DNA of 63,824 nt, the filler included, from Folioceros fuciformis (Eukaryota): the NCBI GenBank assembly GCA_049999805.1. It is 4 parts of 3 records of this genome, joined end to end, with 100 filler letters (N's around TTAATTAATTAA, not from the genome) between each part and the next. Parts side by side here need not be neighbours in the genome. Positions count along the whole stretch, not along the records: positions 1 to 19,022 come from JBNGIO010006326.1; positions 19,123 to 42,274 come from JBNGIO010006327.1; 2 more parts are not named here. One strand, 5' to 3'. Below the pieces are notes generated by a model. That model was not told the origin of the DNA and searched no databases. It was given only the letters and a program-made list of their open reading frames with translations. Positions 11,158 to 22,687 of the stretch are shown in pieces. Numbering within the stretch: the first letter of the stretch is position 1; each line of letters starts with the position of its first letter. Made by a program: the position numbers and the translations under genes.

Positions 11158-12105
11158 CTAGTGCACCTTGTTGGTACGAACCCACTTGGTGCTGAACTTC
11201 CATTGGAACAGCCTGTAGGTTCCCTGGTCGGTGACAGGCACCCTGGTCGAGAAGCCAACATACGACTCGTCATTCACGTAGTCGGAAAGCTTCAAACCCG
11301 AGTACTGGAGGAAGAGGTTGGCGTGCTTCTTGTCGGGCTGGCCGTCCGCGGTGAGGTTCTGGAATCGCACTGCCAGGTACTCCCGTTTGGCGTCGTAGTC
11401 GATGAACACCGCGATCTTGGTGTCGATGAAGGACGCTTGGTCCCACAGGAACTGGTCGACCACGGAATCCACGCTGTTGATGTCTAGGCCCACATGCGGG
11501 ATGGCGGGATCCCAGTCGTAGGCCCGGGACGTGTCGATCTCCACAGCCACCGTCCTGCTCTTGTCTCCACGCAGCGACTTGCCGGTGGCGGTGTCGATCT
11601 CGAACAGACCCAGGCTCTCGGGTCCGCTGGCGCCCACGTCCTGGTCGGGTGTGATGGCGAACGCCCACCCCCCGCCGAAGAGGCGCTTCACGCTCCGCTC
11701 GCTGTCGCGGTCGAAGTCGATGACGAATTCCGAGGAGAAGGAGGCCGCGTACTGGCTCTTCTTCTGGTACAGCTGCACCTTCTTGTTGTAGGCATATCGC
11801 ACCGAAGCCACGTCGTTGTCGTAGGAGAAGACGATCTGGCCGGCCGGGTCTGACGGCGTGCAGATGTCTCTCGCGGGCGCGTCGATGGAGCCTGCGTAGC
11901 TGCAGTTGAGCGCTGAGGTGAAGGGCGGGTAGGAGAGGCTCACCCCCTTGGGCAAATGGGCATCCTGGCCATGGCTGGCAGCTCCGACCCTCGTGGCTGC
12001 CGCTGGTACTAGCACTGGCCATGGGAAGCTACTGCTCGCCACAGCAAGCAGCGCCACCAGCAGCAGCTGAGTCGCCCGAGCTCCTGCCATGGGTTCCTTC
12101 GCCAT
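11158..12105 (-). CDS. Secreted legume (L-type) lectin-like protein, intronless, no TM or kinase domain
   Basis: Signal peptide (ATG 12105 or 12090), ASFSSEF, WAFAI, VAVEIDT...WDP..PHVGLDINS, FIDYD, YVGFS and WKF, then a stop. Confidence 0.9.
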   Translation of the reverse strand: MAKEPMAGARATQLLLVALLAVASSSFPWPVLVPAAATRVGAASHGQDAHLPKGVSLSYPPFTSALNCSYAGSIDAPARDICTPSDPAGQIVFSYDNDVASVRYAYNKKVQLYQKKSQYAASFSSEFVIDFDRDSERSVKRLFGGGWAFAITPDQDVGASGPESLGLFEIDTATGKSLRGDKSRTVAVEIDTSRAYDWDPAIPHVGLDINSVDSVVDQFLWDQASFIDTKIAVFIDYDAKREYLAVRFQNLTADGQPDKKHANLFLQYSGLKLSDYVNDESYVGFSTRVPVTDQGTYRLFQWKFSTKWVRTNKVH

Positions 12106-12696
12106 CCCAACCCAGGATCGCAAATCGAAATCGGACGCGGAGGGCGGATCGTGCTGGATGTGGGAGGATACGGTGCCACTCCCTGGAGAAGATGGGACAG
12201 CAGACGAAGCAGATGCTGCAGCAGAAGGAAGCTGATGAAGTCCCGATGAGCTTGTTTCCTTGGTCTGTTGTTGGGCACAAATATAGGGTGCCCGGGGAGG
12301 AATGCGGCGGCCCCGTAGGAGCCCGGGAAGGTTCATGCTGTTCGAAACCACAGCTGTGCTGTGAGACGGTGGTCGTCGTTGCCAGCTGTACAAATAAGTA
12401 CGGTACATAGCAACATCTGAGAAACTTCATCCCACATCCAGTGTGCACTTTTCTTATTCCTCCACGGTAGATTTCTAACCACTTGGGGCAGGACTTTCAA
12501 ATAGGCACGAGTCTGTAACAATACAGTAACATATTCCCTCCCCTTGGAGAAGTTACACTTCGGGCACTCCCCACCAGGGGTTTCTTGGAACAAGTGTATT
12601 GTGTATGCTGTATTGGGATGGCATGATGATGGGGATGCCATCCATTCTCCAGATATAAATTATGATATGGGTATTGCTGGTGAGGTGCCATTGAAG

Positions 12697-12830
12697 TACA
12701 GTCAAACCCCTCTAATTGGGACCTCTATATATATAGGACCCTCTTTAAATGGGACGCCTGAGCTACAGGAAACCTGTCGGGATGCTCGAGCTACAGGAAA
12801 CCTGTCTAATTCGTAACTAGTTCGTAAATG
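12697..12830 (+). mobile_element. Possible single end of a pogo/Tc1-mariner-like element
   Basis: TA followed by CAGTCAAACCCCTCTAA resembles pogo-type TIRs, with subterminal repeats (gggac, gagctacaggaaacctgtc twice). No partner TIR seen. Confidence 0.35.
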
Positions 12831-13018
12831 GGAACATGTCTCTCAAACATTAAGTACACCTATGTAAAAGGGAGATGAGGAAATGAGGAAATTATCTTAT
12901 CGAGATTAAATCATGAGTTATTGAGATTATGTTAAGTTAAAGGCTATCAAGATTATACCATAAAACATAGACATTCATCGAGATTGGGCCTATATATGTG
13001 GTAGTTATGTACACTATG

Positions 13019-16000
13019 CTATATGTGGTAGTTGTGTACACTATGCTTTGTGATCAGAAGCATTGTTCCTAGTACATAAGGTCCAGCCCAAGTCTCTGGT
13101 TTGTAAGGTTCCTCCAACCATTCCTCCCGAGGCCTATGAGGGCAAGAAGAGTGACGTAGGGGGAATGGATTTGCAGGGGGATCAGGGAGAGGTAATACAA
13201 ACTGCACTGGGTCATCAACCTCAAGGTCTGAAATAGGTAAGTTGATGGGAGTAGGAGGAACGGGATCTATTTCTGTAGACTGTTCTAAACTTGTGGATGA
13301 GTCTGAATCAGACAAGTCGTAATCACTGGTATGAGATTCAAAGGTGTGAGTTGGTAGAGGTATGTCTAGAGGTGTGTCTAGAGCTGAGACAGTGACATCA
13401 GTAAAAGAAGTATCAGAGATAGGAAATTCAACGACGTCTAAATCTACCTCTGAGGATAAGTTCTCGTCTGTCTCAGGTACTAGGACTGGATATTCACAAT
13501 CTACAGGATCAACCACCTTTGAAGGCTTTAAGACAGGGCGCTCATCAAATACAACAGTCCTAGCATGACTGACTTTGCGTGAGGTAGGGTCAAAGAGCTT
13601 GTACCCATGAATTCTAGTAGTGTAGCCAATGAAGATATGCCTTTTAGACTTGTAGGCAAACTTATGTCGCAGCTTGTCAGGAATGTGGGCATAGGCTACA
13701 CTGCCAAAGATGCGAAGATGAGATAAGTCAGGCTTGTGACCTATCCAAGCCTCAAACGGTGTTACCCCACAAAGAGAAGAGACGGCAATCCTGTTCTGAA
13801 GATAAGTAGCAACTTGAACTACTTCTGCCCAAAAACGTACTGATACCCTCCCCTGAAATAGTAAGGAGCGAGCTGTATCCTCTATAGTACAATGTCTCTT
13901 CTCAGCCCTTCCATTCATGTCAGAGTGATAGGGAATTGTCAACTATCGAGTGATCCCCTTATCCTGACAGAATTGTTAGAAGGCTGTAGAAAGATACTCT
14001 TTAGCATTGTCTGAACGGATGCACTTCAACTGCTTGCCTATTTGTCATTCAGCATAGGCTAAGTATCTTTTGAAACTCTCAAATACCTCGCTCTTATGCT
14101 GTAGGAGCTCTGTTACGGTGAAATGAGACATATCATCTTCAAATACAACAAAGTAACGAGCTCCTCCCCATGAGGCCATAGACATGGGACCACAGATGTC
14201 TATATGGATGAGATCAAGAACATCTGTGGGCTTGCGTGGCTTACCACTGCCAAAATGGGACTTCGATTGTTTCCCATGTACACAGGCCACGCACAAATCC
14301 AGGTCAGATAATTCAGATTCTGTAAATCTTGTTACCATTTTTTCTTTGAGAAGCCTTCGCATAGCCTTAATGTTGGGGTGATGAAGCCGGCAATGCCAAT
14401 GAAAGGCCTTACTTGCAGTTGACTTCACTCTAGTTGCATGTGGTGCAGGCTTGGATGAGGTCGGGACAAAATCCAGCGGATATAGATCATACAAGGGAGA
14501 ACCCCTAGATATGACCCTAGTGGGAGAGTCCAATGTAGAGATCACACACGACGTAACTTCGAAGGTGATTCTGTAGAGGCCAGTCTTACCAAGTGCCATT
14601 GTGCTCACCAAGTTTTTAGCAAGCAAAGGTACATGTAAGGTATTCTCTAGCCTTAAAGTCCCTCCATCCCTCAAGAAGATTTGGACTGTTCCAACACCCT
14701 TGATGGGGACTTCTGAATTATCTCCTAACAAAACTGCTGATTTGTGGCAGGTTGGAACACGCTCATATGTAACAAACTATTTTCGAGATGAGCACATGTG
14801 ATTCGACGCTCCACTATCAAGAAACCATCTATGTGAATCACGAGGAACTAAATTAAGGCAAGCTACAAGTAACCCCGGCGTCAAGGCTCTTGCAGTATGT
14901 TCTTCAGGTTGCTTTCCCTTTGCTGCCTCATCTGCTTTTTGTTTCCTACAATCTTTAATCCAATGCCCTGGCTTATTGCAGTTACCGGGCTTCTTCCCAC
15001 CTTGAAGAGAGGTGTTGTTTCCATAATTGGATGACTGGCCCCTGCCACGTCCAAAGCCTCCTTGTCCTCTACTTCTGCCTCGTCCTCGTCTTGAGAACAA
15101 AGTAGTATCCGTCTGCCTGTGGGAAGATCCTGCTCCACTAAACCCTGATTTATGCATGTGCTTTCTATTAGCCTCCGCTTGTAGCAAAGCTCCAACTAAC
15201 CTTTGCACTGTCATGTTTGTTGTTGCAAGTGTACTGGCAATTGCTGGTACAACTATTGCTATAGCCTGTTGGCTAGAACTCCACTGTTCATAACTCGGTG
15301 GTAAGGATGCCAGTAATTGAATGGCTGCCCTGGACTTAGAAATTATAACACCACACGAAGCAAGCTTAGCTCTTGCAGCTCAAAACCTGGCAACATGTGC
15401 TTCGACAGAATCAGTCTCTCTCATGCGCAAGTTTTGAAAGTTAAGTGTTGCCGCAACCTCCGTCATCACATCCTTAGCTTTGTAGGTGTCTGAAAATAAT
15501 GACCACACTTCATGTGCATGTTTTGTTAGTTTGATGTGTGGAATCATTTCATGTGACACAGAAGAGACTAAAATCGTCTTCGCTTTTCTGTCTTTATGAT
15601 TCCAATCAGATTCCTCTTTAATTGTCCAGGGTATAGAGCTGCCACCAGGGGACACCCTGCCCGAGGGCTGTCCTACAACTCGTTGGGGAACACTTCCATC
15701 CGTCAAATCCATCAAGAGCTTCTCCTCCAGAATTGTCCTAACCCTAAAACTCTAGGCATCAAAATTAGCAAAGGTAAGTCAGTCTTTCTCTTGTAGCCAA
15801 TCCGTAGATGAGTCAGCCGCTCCCGCTGCCATGATGCCTACACTGTGTTAGGTAACTAGGAAGATTGTACACTCAAGGTAGCAGTTTGCTCCTTGATGCA
15901 TGTGATATCCTTGAATTGTTTCTTTACCTCTAATTCTATTTCTGTCAATGAAGAAGAATCTGACCCCTTTTGATTCTCTGAACCATCCATACGCGATGAG

Positions 16001-16708
16001 AGACTGTCTAATCTTCTAGAAAATTCGAGAATAGAAGACTTGATGATCAAGAGGGAATTGAGGATTGCATCAGTATTTTCGAAGTGAGTGATGAGGAGAA
16101 AGTTTTACAAATGCAGGAATACCACCTGCTGAACAACTGAATTTATCTAATCTATCTGATATGTTGTCAGACGCGAGGGAATCAAGGCCAGGAGGATCTG
16201 GATTGTAGGAGTCAATAAAAGATTTCAAGAACCGGATGCGCTCTCGCTGTTCAGTTCGAGTAACTGTTTTCTTGAAATACAAGTGCTCGAATTCCACTTG
16301 GAAATTCAGCAGATCACGAGGATCCAACACCCTTGACCTGCCAAATTTGGCAGAGTCTGTCTAGACATCCCTGTAGCATGATTTACGAGGCATCGTGCCT
16401 CCTACACATTAGAGCTCACATTGAGCGCTTAAAAATAAAAAGACATTTCGATTTCTCTTTTTCAAATTTTCTTTCTCCAGCAAAATTTTCCAAGATGGAC
16501 TAGAGCTTGGGCTCTGATACCATGTTGATATTTGTGATCAACTCGCACATGACCTTAGGCGCATCTGACCACAAAGCATGTAAACTTGCATTAAGGAAAA
16601 ACATGAAAGCAAATAAAGTATATAGTCTAAGAACCTAAAACGGTATGTGACCGTCACTAACCCTAAGTGGGAGCAATGTATACTTAGGTCTAAATAATAC
16701 CTTTAACA
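13019..16708 (-). mobile_element. Ty1/copia element: LTR, PBS, extra ORF, gag, protease, integrase; truncated before RT
   Basis: Integrase motifs WHCRLHH, CVACVHGKQ, LIHIDICGP, NGRAEK, LRIFGSVAY and GYKLFDP. PBS at 16511-16522, LTR at 16523-16708, several stops. Confidence 0.93.
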
Positions 16709-19022
16709 TGTCTGCATAGGGCCACAGAGGTCAGCATGCACGAGTTCGAGGATACTAGTGGTAGTACTGATTGACCTAAGGTAAGGTTGAGTATGTTGCT
16801 TGCCTAGCAAGCAACCTTCACACAAGCGAAGATCACAGGGAGTCCTTCAGCCATATTTTTGGCTTGCATTCTTCTAATCCCTTGAAAGTGTAAGTAGGCT
16901 AGCCTCAAGTGCCAAAGTCTAGCGGATAAGTTGTGGTTGAGGTTGGCTGTGAGGCTTACACTTGTTGTTTGGGCAAGTGTAGAGCCAAAGTTTGTATCAC
17001 GAGTGTACCGCTCGCAAATCTTTGGAGCACCTGGACGCGAAGGGTTGTATCAACTTGGGCATCTTTGGAACAGGGCCGAGGGTTGTTGGAAAGAGGTGGC
17101 TGAAATCCGGGAGGACTTTGGAACTCTAGTGCGACATATTCGTCTTATGCTCAATTGGCTGTAGCAGGGGATGGAAGTTCAGATGAAGCATGCCTTGCTT
17201 CAGAAATCCGAAATAGTAGAGGAGGCATGGGGAGCATTCGTAATGCACACCTGGGAAGGTGACTCTGACATAGAGGACCAAGAGGTTTCTATGGAACTTG
17301 ACCGAGCATTCTACGTTTCCATACAGGCAGGCGATAGAGGCTCGAGGTTCTTTAGGGTGGCGGCTCCAGAGGGATTCTTGGAAAAGCAAGTTTGGAGAGA
17401 AGGAGAGATGTTTCGACATGCCCTATGCTCCATCACAATCTTGACAAGGTCCACACGAGCAGGACGGTGGCTCACCCAAGAAGAGCAAAATGCTCTCCTA
17501 GTATCCATAAGCAAACCCCTGACCCAATGTTGGTTCCGCTTGGTGGAAAATTGGCAACTGACCTTGCGACAGGATCTCTTTCGATGGCCAAAGCAGCCAA
17601 GTGGCCACCAGGGGAGCTCTCAGTCCTTCTTCAACTTTCAAACCGCGGACATTTATCTTTGTCTGGTTCACCTGCAGCAAGGTAAAGAGTGTTGGCCAAT
17701 GGCCCCGAGGTGGAATATCTCCGTGAGACGTCATAAAGCAGCCTTAGGACTCCTATGGTCAATTGCCGGAGTTCCCCCTAAGGTTAGATTTACGGTTTGG
17801 TACCTTTTCCAGGCATGCTTGCCTAATGCAGATTGTTGGGATGGGCTGTTAGCAGCGGTGGGGGAGGAAGCGTGCAGACTATGTAGCAGTTGGGCTCCAC
17901 ACAAAAGCCAACATATGTTCTTCCATTGTCAGTTTTCTCGAGAAGTTTGGCAAGAGGTGGAGGGTTGGATGCAAAGGCTCTTCCCTTTGATGAAACTGGT
18001 GCTCTCCGAGCAATCTGCCCTCTTTGGTTTAGATCAATCTTTAGGTAAACCATTGGTGCCGCATCAATGGTGCAGTGTAGTGTGGAGTGCTTGCATCTTT
18101 TGCCTTTGGAGCAACTGGACAACAATAGTGCATGGCGAGAGGGCCTCGTTGTCTACCAAGGCCGTACTATTGCTATGGATTTTTCCTGGTGCTAACCTCA
18201 GGATCACGACACAGTCAGCCTTATTCGGGCTGGACGCAACCTCGGGCAAACCTCTCCTTAAAACACAATGGTGGGGCTTACTATGGTCTTCTTGCCATTT
18301 CCATCTCTGGGTCAACTGGCCCGCGGTGGTCTATGGAGGACAAGATTCAGCTTCATTGAAAGCTTTGTTGTGGCACATATGGGAGCTTTCGTTGATTGCA
18401 GCAGAAGCTTTGGAGCAATCCCGTCGGAAGCAGTTTAAGCGGAAAGACTGGAGGATGGCGGAATTCCTAGCGCTTGGGAAAGATACGCATTGGAATCATT
18501 CGTGCTCCTGGGGACGGTGAGCCTTAAAGTCCGTGGGAGACCTTGAGGGTGAGTATAAGTGGCTTCGGCAGTTCGAGGGTACCATAGTGTAGGGGAGCGC
18601 TCTTTGAGCACCTTGTCTTGAGTTTTGGACACAACGCCAGTTCTCCCCCTTTCTTCATGTGCTTGATTTTTGTACATACGTTAGCAGGATTTTCCCTTTG
18701 TATTGTAGTGGGAGGCATCTACCAATTTAATCAGAATTTTTTCTCGGAAAAAAAGGCTGTACTATGGCGAGTCTTGGAGCTAGTGACAACAACAGCGGAA
18801 ACTTTGCAAGTCACCTCTCTTCTCAGGTTCAAAAGCAAAGATTGGAGGCTTGCTGGCTTTCTATAGTCGGGACTTGGGGATACGTGGGTTTATCAATGCC
18901 CTTGGGGAAGGTAGTTAGTGAGTTAGCTTTGGCAAAGGCCCCCCTCCAAGCCCGCGCCTTCGGTATGTAGCGGTAGTGAACTCTTATGTGCCCCTTGTGC
19001 TGTGCTAGTTGAGTTGTATAGT
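14466..19022. repeat. Copy B of the direct duplication, ending at a scaffold gap
   Basis: Same sequence as 1-4557. An N-run starts at 19023. Confidence 0.95.
17005..18885 (+). mobile_element. LINE 3' fragment with nested LINE (duplicate of 2540-4420)
   Basis: Identical 449-aa ORF at 17171-18520. Confidence 0.85.
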
Positions 19023-19122
19023 NNNNNNNNNNNNNNNNNNNNNNNNNNNNNNNNNNNNNNNNNNNNTTAATTAATTAANNNNNNNNNNNNNNNNNNNNNN
19101 NNNNNNNNNNNNNNNNNNNNNN
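19023..19122. other. Scaffold gap with TTAATTAATTAA linker
   Basis: 100-bp N-run with the linker at 19067-19078. Confidence 0.98.
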
Positions 19123-19935
19123 CTCCTATGGCACTCCGCAAGAGTCCCTCCCAAGGTCAGGTCTACAGTTTGGTGTTTCTTTCAAGCATGTTTGCCTAAT
19201 GCAGATCGTTGGGATGGGCTTCTTGCTGCAACGGGGGAGGACGTGTGTCGATTGTGCACCGATGGTGCCCCAAACAAGAGTCAACACATGTTCTTTCACT
19301 GTTGTTTTGCCCAAGAGATCTGGGGGGAGGTGAACAGGTGGCTTCGATTGATTTTTCCTGGAGCTAACCTCAAGATCATGAGTCAATCAGCCTTATTTGG
19401 GCTGGACGCAGCCTTGGGCAAACCTCTCCTGGAGACCCAATGGTAGGGCTTATTGTGGTCCTCTTGTCTTTTCTATCTTTGGGTCAATTGGTCCGCCGTG
19501 GTTTATGGAGGACAGGAGTCAGCTTCAGTGAAAGCTGTGTTATGGCGCATATGGGAGCATTTATTGATTGCAGCAGAAGCCTTGGAGCAATCAAGCCGGA
19601 AGCAATTTAAGTGGAAAGACTGGAGGATGGCCGGCTTCCTTTCGCTTAGGAAAGATACGGGTTGGAATCACTTGTGCCCCTGGAAAAGGTGAGTCTTTAG
19701 GGTCTTTGAGAGACTTTGAAGGGTGTGTATCAGTGTTTTAGGCAAGCAGCGGGTACCATAGTGTAGGGGAGCACTCTCTGTGCGCCTTGTCTTGAGCTTT
19801 GGTCTTAAGGCTAGTCCTCCCCCCTCTCTTTTGGTGCTCGATATATGTCCATTCGTTAGCAGGGGGTTCCCATTGTATTGTAAGTGGGAGGAGTCTTCCA
19901 CTCATAATCAGAATAATTTTCTTCGCGAAAAAAAA
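19123..19935 (+). mobile_element. LINE 3' fragment (zf-RVT, 3' UTR, A-tail)
   Basis: CRLC...HMFFHCCFAQEIW with one in-frame stop. Ends in cttcgcgaaaaaaaa. Confidence 0.85.
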
Positions 19936-19949
19936 GGTTTATCAAAGTC

Positions 19950-20330
19950 ATAGGAATAGTGTTCTCCCTCTTTCCCCTACAGTGGTCGTCTTCTAGGAAC
20001 GCGTATCCATTGCTATGCAAAGAGCATTGGCCAGAAGGGACTTTGATAAACCTTGGCGCACTCCTTGATAAACTTTGAAAAGTCCTTGCCCATAGCTCCA
20101 TACATCTCAAGAGCAAGAAGAATGAAAGTATGTTCGTTTTGCAGGGGAGAATACTTATGGACTTTGGCAATTGCACAACCTTTGCTCCCCAACCAAGGGG
20201 ATTGATGATGACATGCTCGTTGATCAAATCCCTAGTGGAATCCGTAGCAACCACATCAGTAACACAAACCTATTCCCCCCTAGTGAAAAAAAAGTTGGCT
20301 CTAAGTGAAATCCCATTGCGCAAAGTATAA
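19950..20330 (-). mobile_element. Highly decayed restriction-like-endonuclease (CRE/R2-type) LINE remnant
   Basis: Manual translation gives VTDVVATDS and LALEMYGAMGKDFSKFIKECA, resembling RLE motifs. Frameshifted. Confidence 0.4.
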
Positions 20331-20899
20331 AGACGCTCCCTATACCAAGTACTTACCTATTATCTTATAAACTCAAAAACTTTGTGGGTTTCAATTAGGT
20401 ACAACATTAGAATACTCAATCATACTACGCATTATAAACTTGTAATGCCACACATTTACATTCTTTAAACGCAACATATTACATTTCTGGAACTATGCGT
20501 TACAAGTGTGCGTTCCCAAATCCTTGTGTAGCACCACTTTCTGGATGTAATGGCGTTGGGATCTGGTATCCTTAAGTGTGAGACAATAACAGGGGACTAC
20601 CTTTGTCATCCCGCCACTTTCGTGAATGTAATGGACATTGGGAGCTGATATCCTTGAGTGTGAGACAATAATAGAAGACCACCTTTGACATCCTACATTA
20701 GACACCCCATAGTTGAGGACTGAAGATCAAGCAAGAACACCCAGCACAATGCTATAAGCACCTATCGCAAAGTTGGTGTTCATGGGCAATTTCTATTGTG
20801 GTTTGATAGATGTAGCTTTATCCCACAAAACAATTCCTCACATTCATTTCTTTCCATAAGTTGATTCAAGCACGTTGAGGCATAGCCCTAAAACCCATA

Positions 20900-22240
20900 C
20901 CTTTCCTTCAAAAGCTCTTTGAAACCTTGCTATTGGGAACTTTTTTTGCACTCTTAAGAAGGATGCATAGCTCAAATATTTTGTCATGACCACTTGAATG
21001 ATGTATAGTTCCTTCTTGAGCATTTCCCCTTTGTTATTCCACTTATATCTAGCAGCCCTATCAATACTTTTTTTGTCACTGTAATCAGCATTTGCTACTC
21101 TAGTTCACCTATTGGAACCCAACCTAACGAATTTTCAACTATGAGCTAAACACACTTATAGGACAAATTGGAGACATGTCTACTAACTTGCCTATGCTCG
21201 TCTAGATTTGCAGCAAAGATGAACACTACTAGCCTCACCTTAAGCTTGTATCTGTAATTAAATCATGAAATGTGGGTTTGTTGCTCCATCTCCATGAGAA
21301 AATCTTTTTTTTTTCGTGAGAAAAAAGGTCAAATTATGATAGCTTGTACTGTGAGTAACATGAGAAAACCTTTGCTAAAAGTGAAAATTTATATGTCAGA
21401 AGCTTTGTCGACATGGCTAGGAACATGGTTATTAAAACACATGAAATTGCCTTGAGGTACAAGTAGCCACCCTTGCTATCTCAATGTTTTGAGTACATCA
21501 TACAAGCTTCAATGTTCAGCATCTTAATTTTAGCCATGTTCTGGGTTTGAGAGTGGCAAAGTGGCCTTTTATTGACCATACTCTCATTCCTTTTTCCAGA
21601 ATAATCCAACCAATAGGAGCTACATGCATATTCAACATCTTTAAGAAATACCATGTTTAGTCATGTAATAGTTGTGGAAATAATGTGCTTACCTTCCAAG
21701 ACTTTGCTTAAGGCTTTTGCTTAATAAGATCTTGCCACACTCTATAAAAAAATGAATACAGGTAGCTTTACCTCCTTGGTTTTTTAATTTAGCATGTGAA
21801 ATTACTTTGACAACATCCATCAATATAAGCTCTTAGAGCTGTGTTTATTATTAGATTACGTTTTGGAATTATTTGTTAAGAATAGTGGCTTTGTCTTGAA
21901 TGGTTTCAACCATAACCGAAGACAAGAATGTAAGGATGAATACCTCTTAAGTATGACAATCAAGGATTGTAAGTTGTAAATTAAATGTAGAACTAGGTGA
22001 CTCCTAGTGAAAAGGTTTGGGGTCCTCTTTACATCCAAACAATGAAACACACTTTATGAAGCGCAGATCCACTCCTAATGTACAAATTAGCTTGGTCTTC
22101 CTCTTTAGGGTTTCCATTGCTCTACAATGACTATTGGAGAAAGCAAGATGACAACGTCTGTAGAAGAAGAAGCGACATCAACAACTCCAATGGTTGGTAG
22201 ACCCTTTTTCCTCTTAAACCATGATGTTTTAAGTGTTATT
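20900..22240 (-). mobile_element. Highly decayed hAT-like transposase remnant
   Basis: AT-rich. Scattered peptides TSWFKRK, VDKASDI and DRAA occur in the order expected for hAT motifs. No long ORF. Confidence 0.3.
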
Positions 22241-22587
22241 AGTAGTCATTAGGCTTGAAGGGCTAACCTCTAGTGTTCCTATCATGGTTTATGTCCCCAT
22301 CTAGGTGTAGATGGGGTTCTCACCTTATTTTTCTAAAGGGTATAGACATACATTGAAATAGTGAAGAGTGAGTGAAGAATCTTCAAATTTACAATTTAAA
22401 ATGAACCATACTATTCAAACCTAACAACACACATTCATAACTAATAAGTTGAAGAGAATTAAAAAGTTGTTTAAAATAGTACTTTTGATCACCAAGGATT
22501 TAATAAACATTATTGCTCAATGGTTTGACAAATTTCTTTTATGCAACTCCATTGCATAGACATTTTTTAGTGGGTCCCTACTACGAT

Positions 22588-22687
22588 NNNNNNNNNNNNN
22601 NNNNNNNNNNNNNNNNNNNNNNNNNNNNNNNNNNNNNNNNNNNNNNNNNNNNNNNNNNNNNNNNNNNNNNNNNNNNNNNNNNNNNNN
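22588..22687. other. Scaffold gap
   Basis: 100 Ns. Confidence 0.98.

Noticed and set aside
11270-12022. Long alternative-frame and antisense ORFs over the lectin, PPR, ASR and GH3 genes
   Set aside because: These are shadow ORFs caused by GC-rich codon usage.
12106-12408. 100-aa N-terminal extension of the lectin ORF
   Set aside because: A clear signal peptide follows ATG 12105/12090. The extension looks like open 5' sequence.
19067-19078. TTAATTAATTAA palindrome, also at 42319-42330 and 62716-62727
   Set aside because: It is centred in 100-bp N-runs each time and has stops in all six frames, so it is an artificial scaffolding linker.
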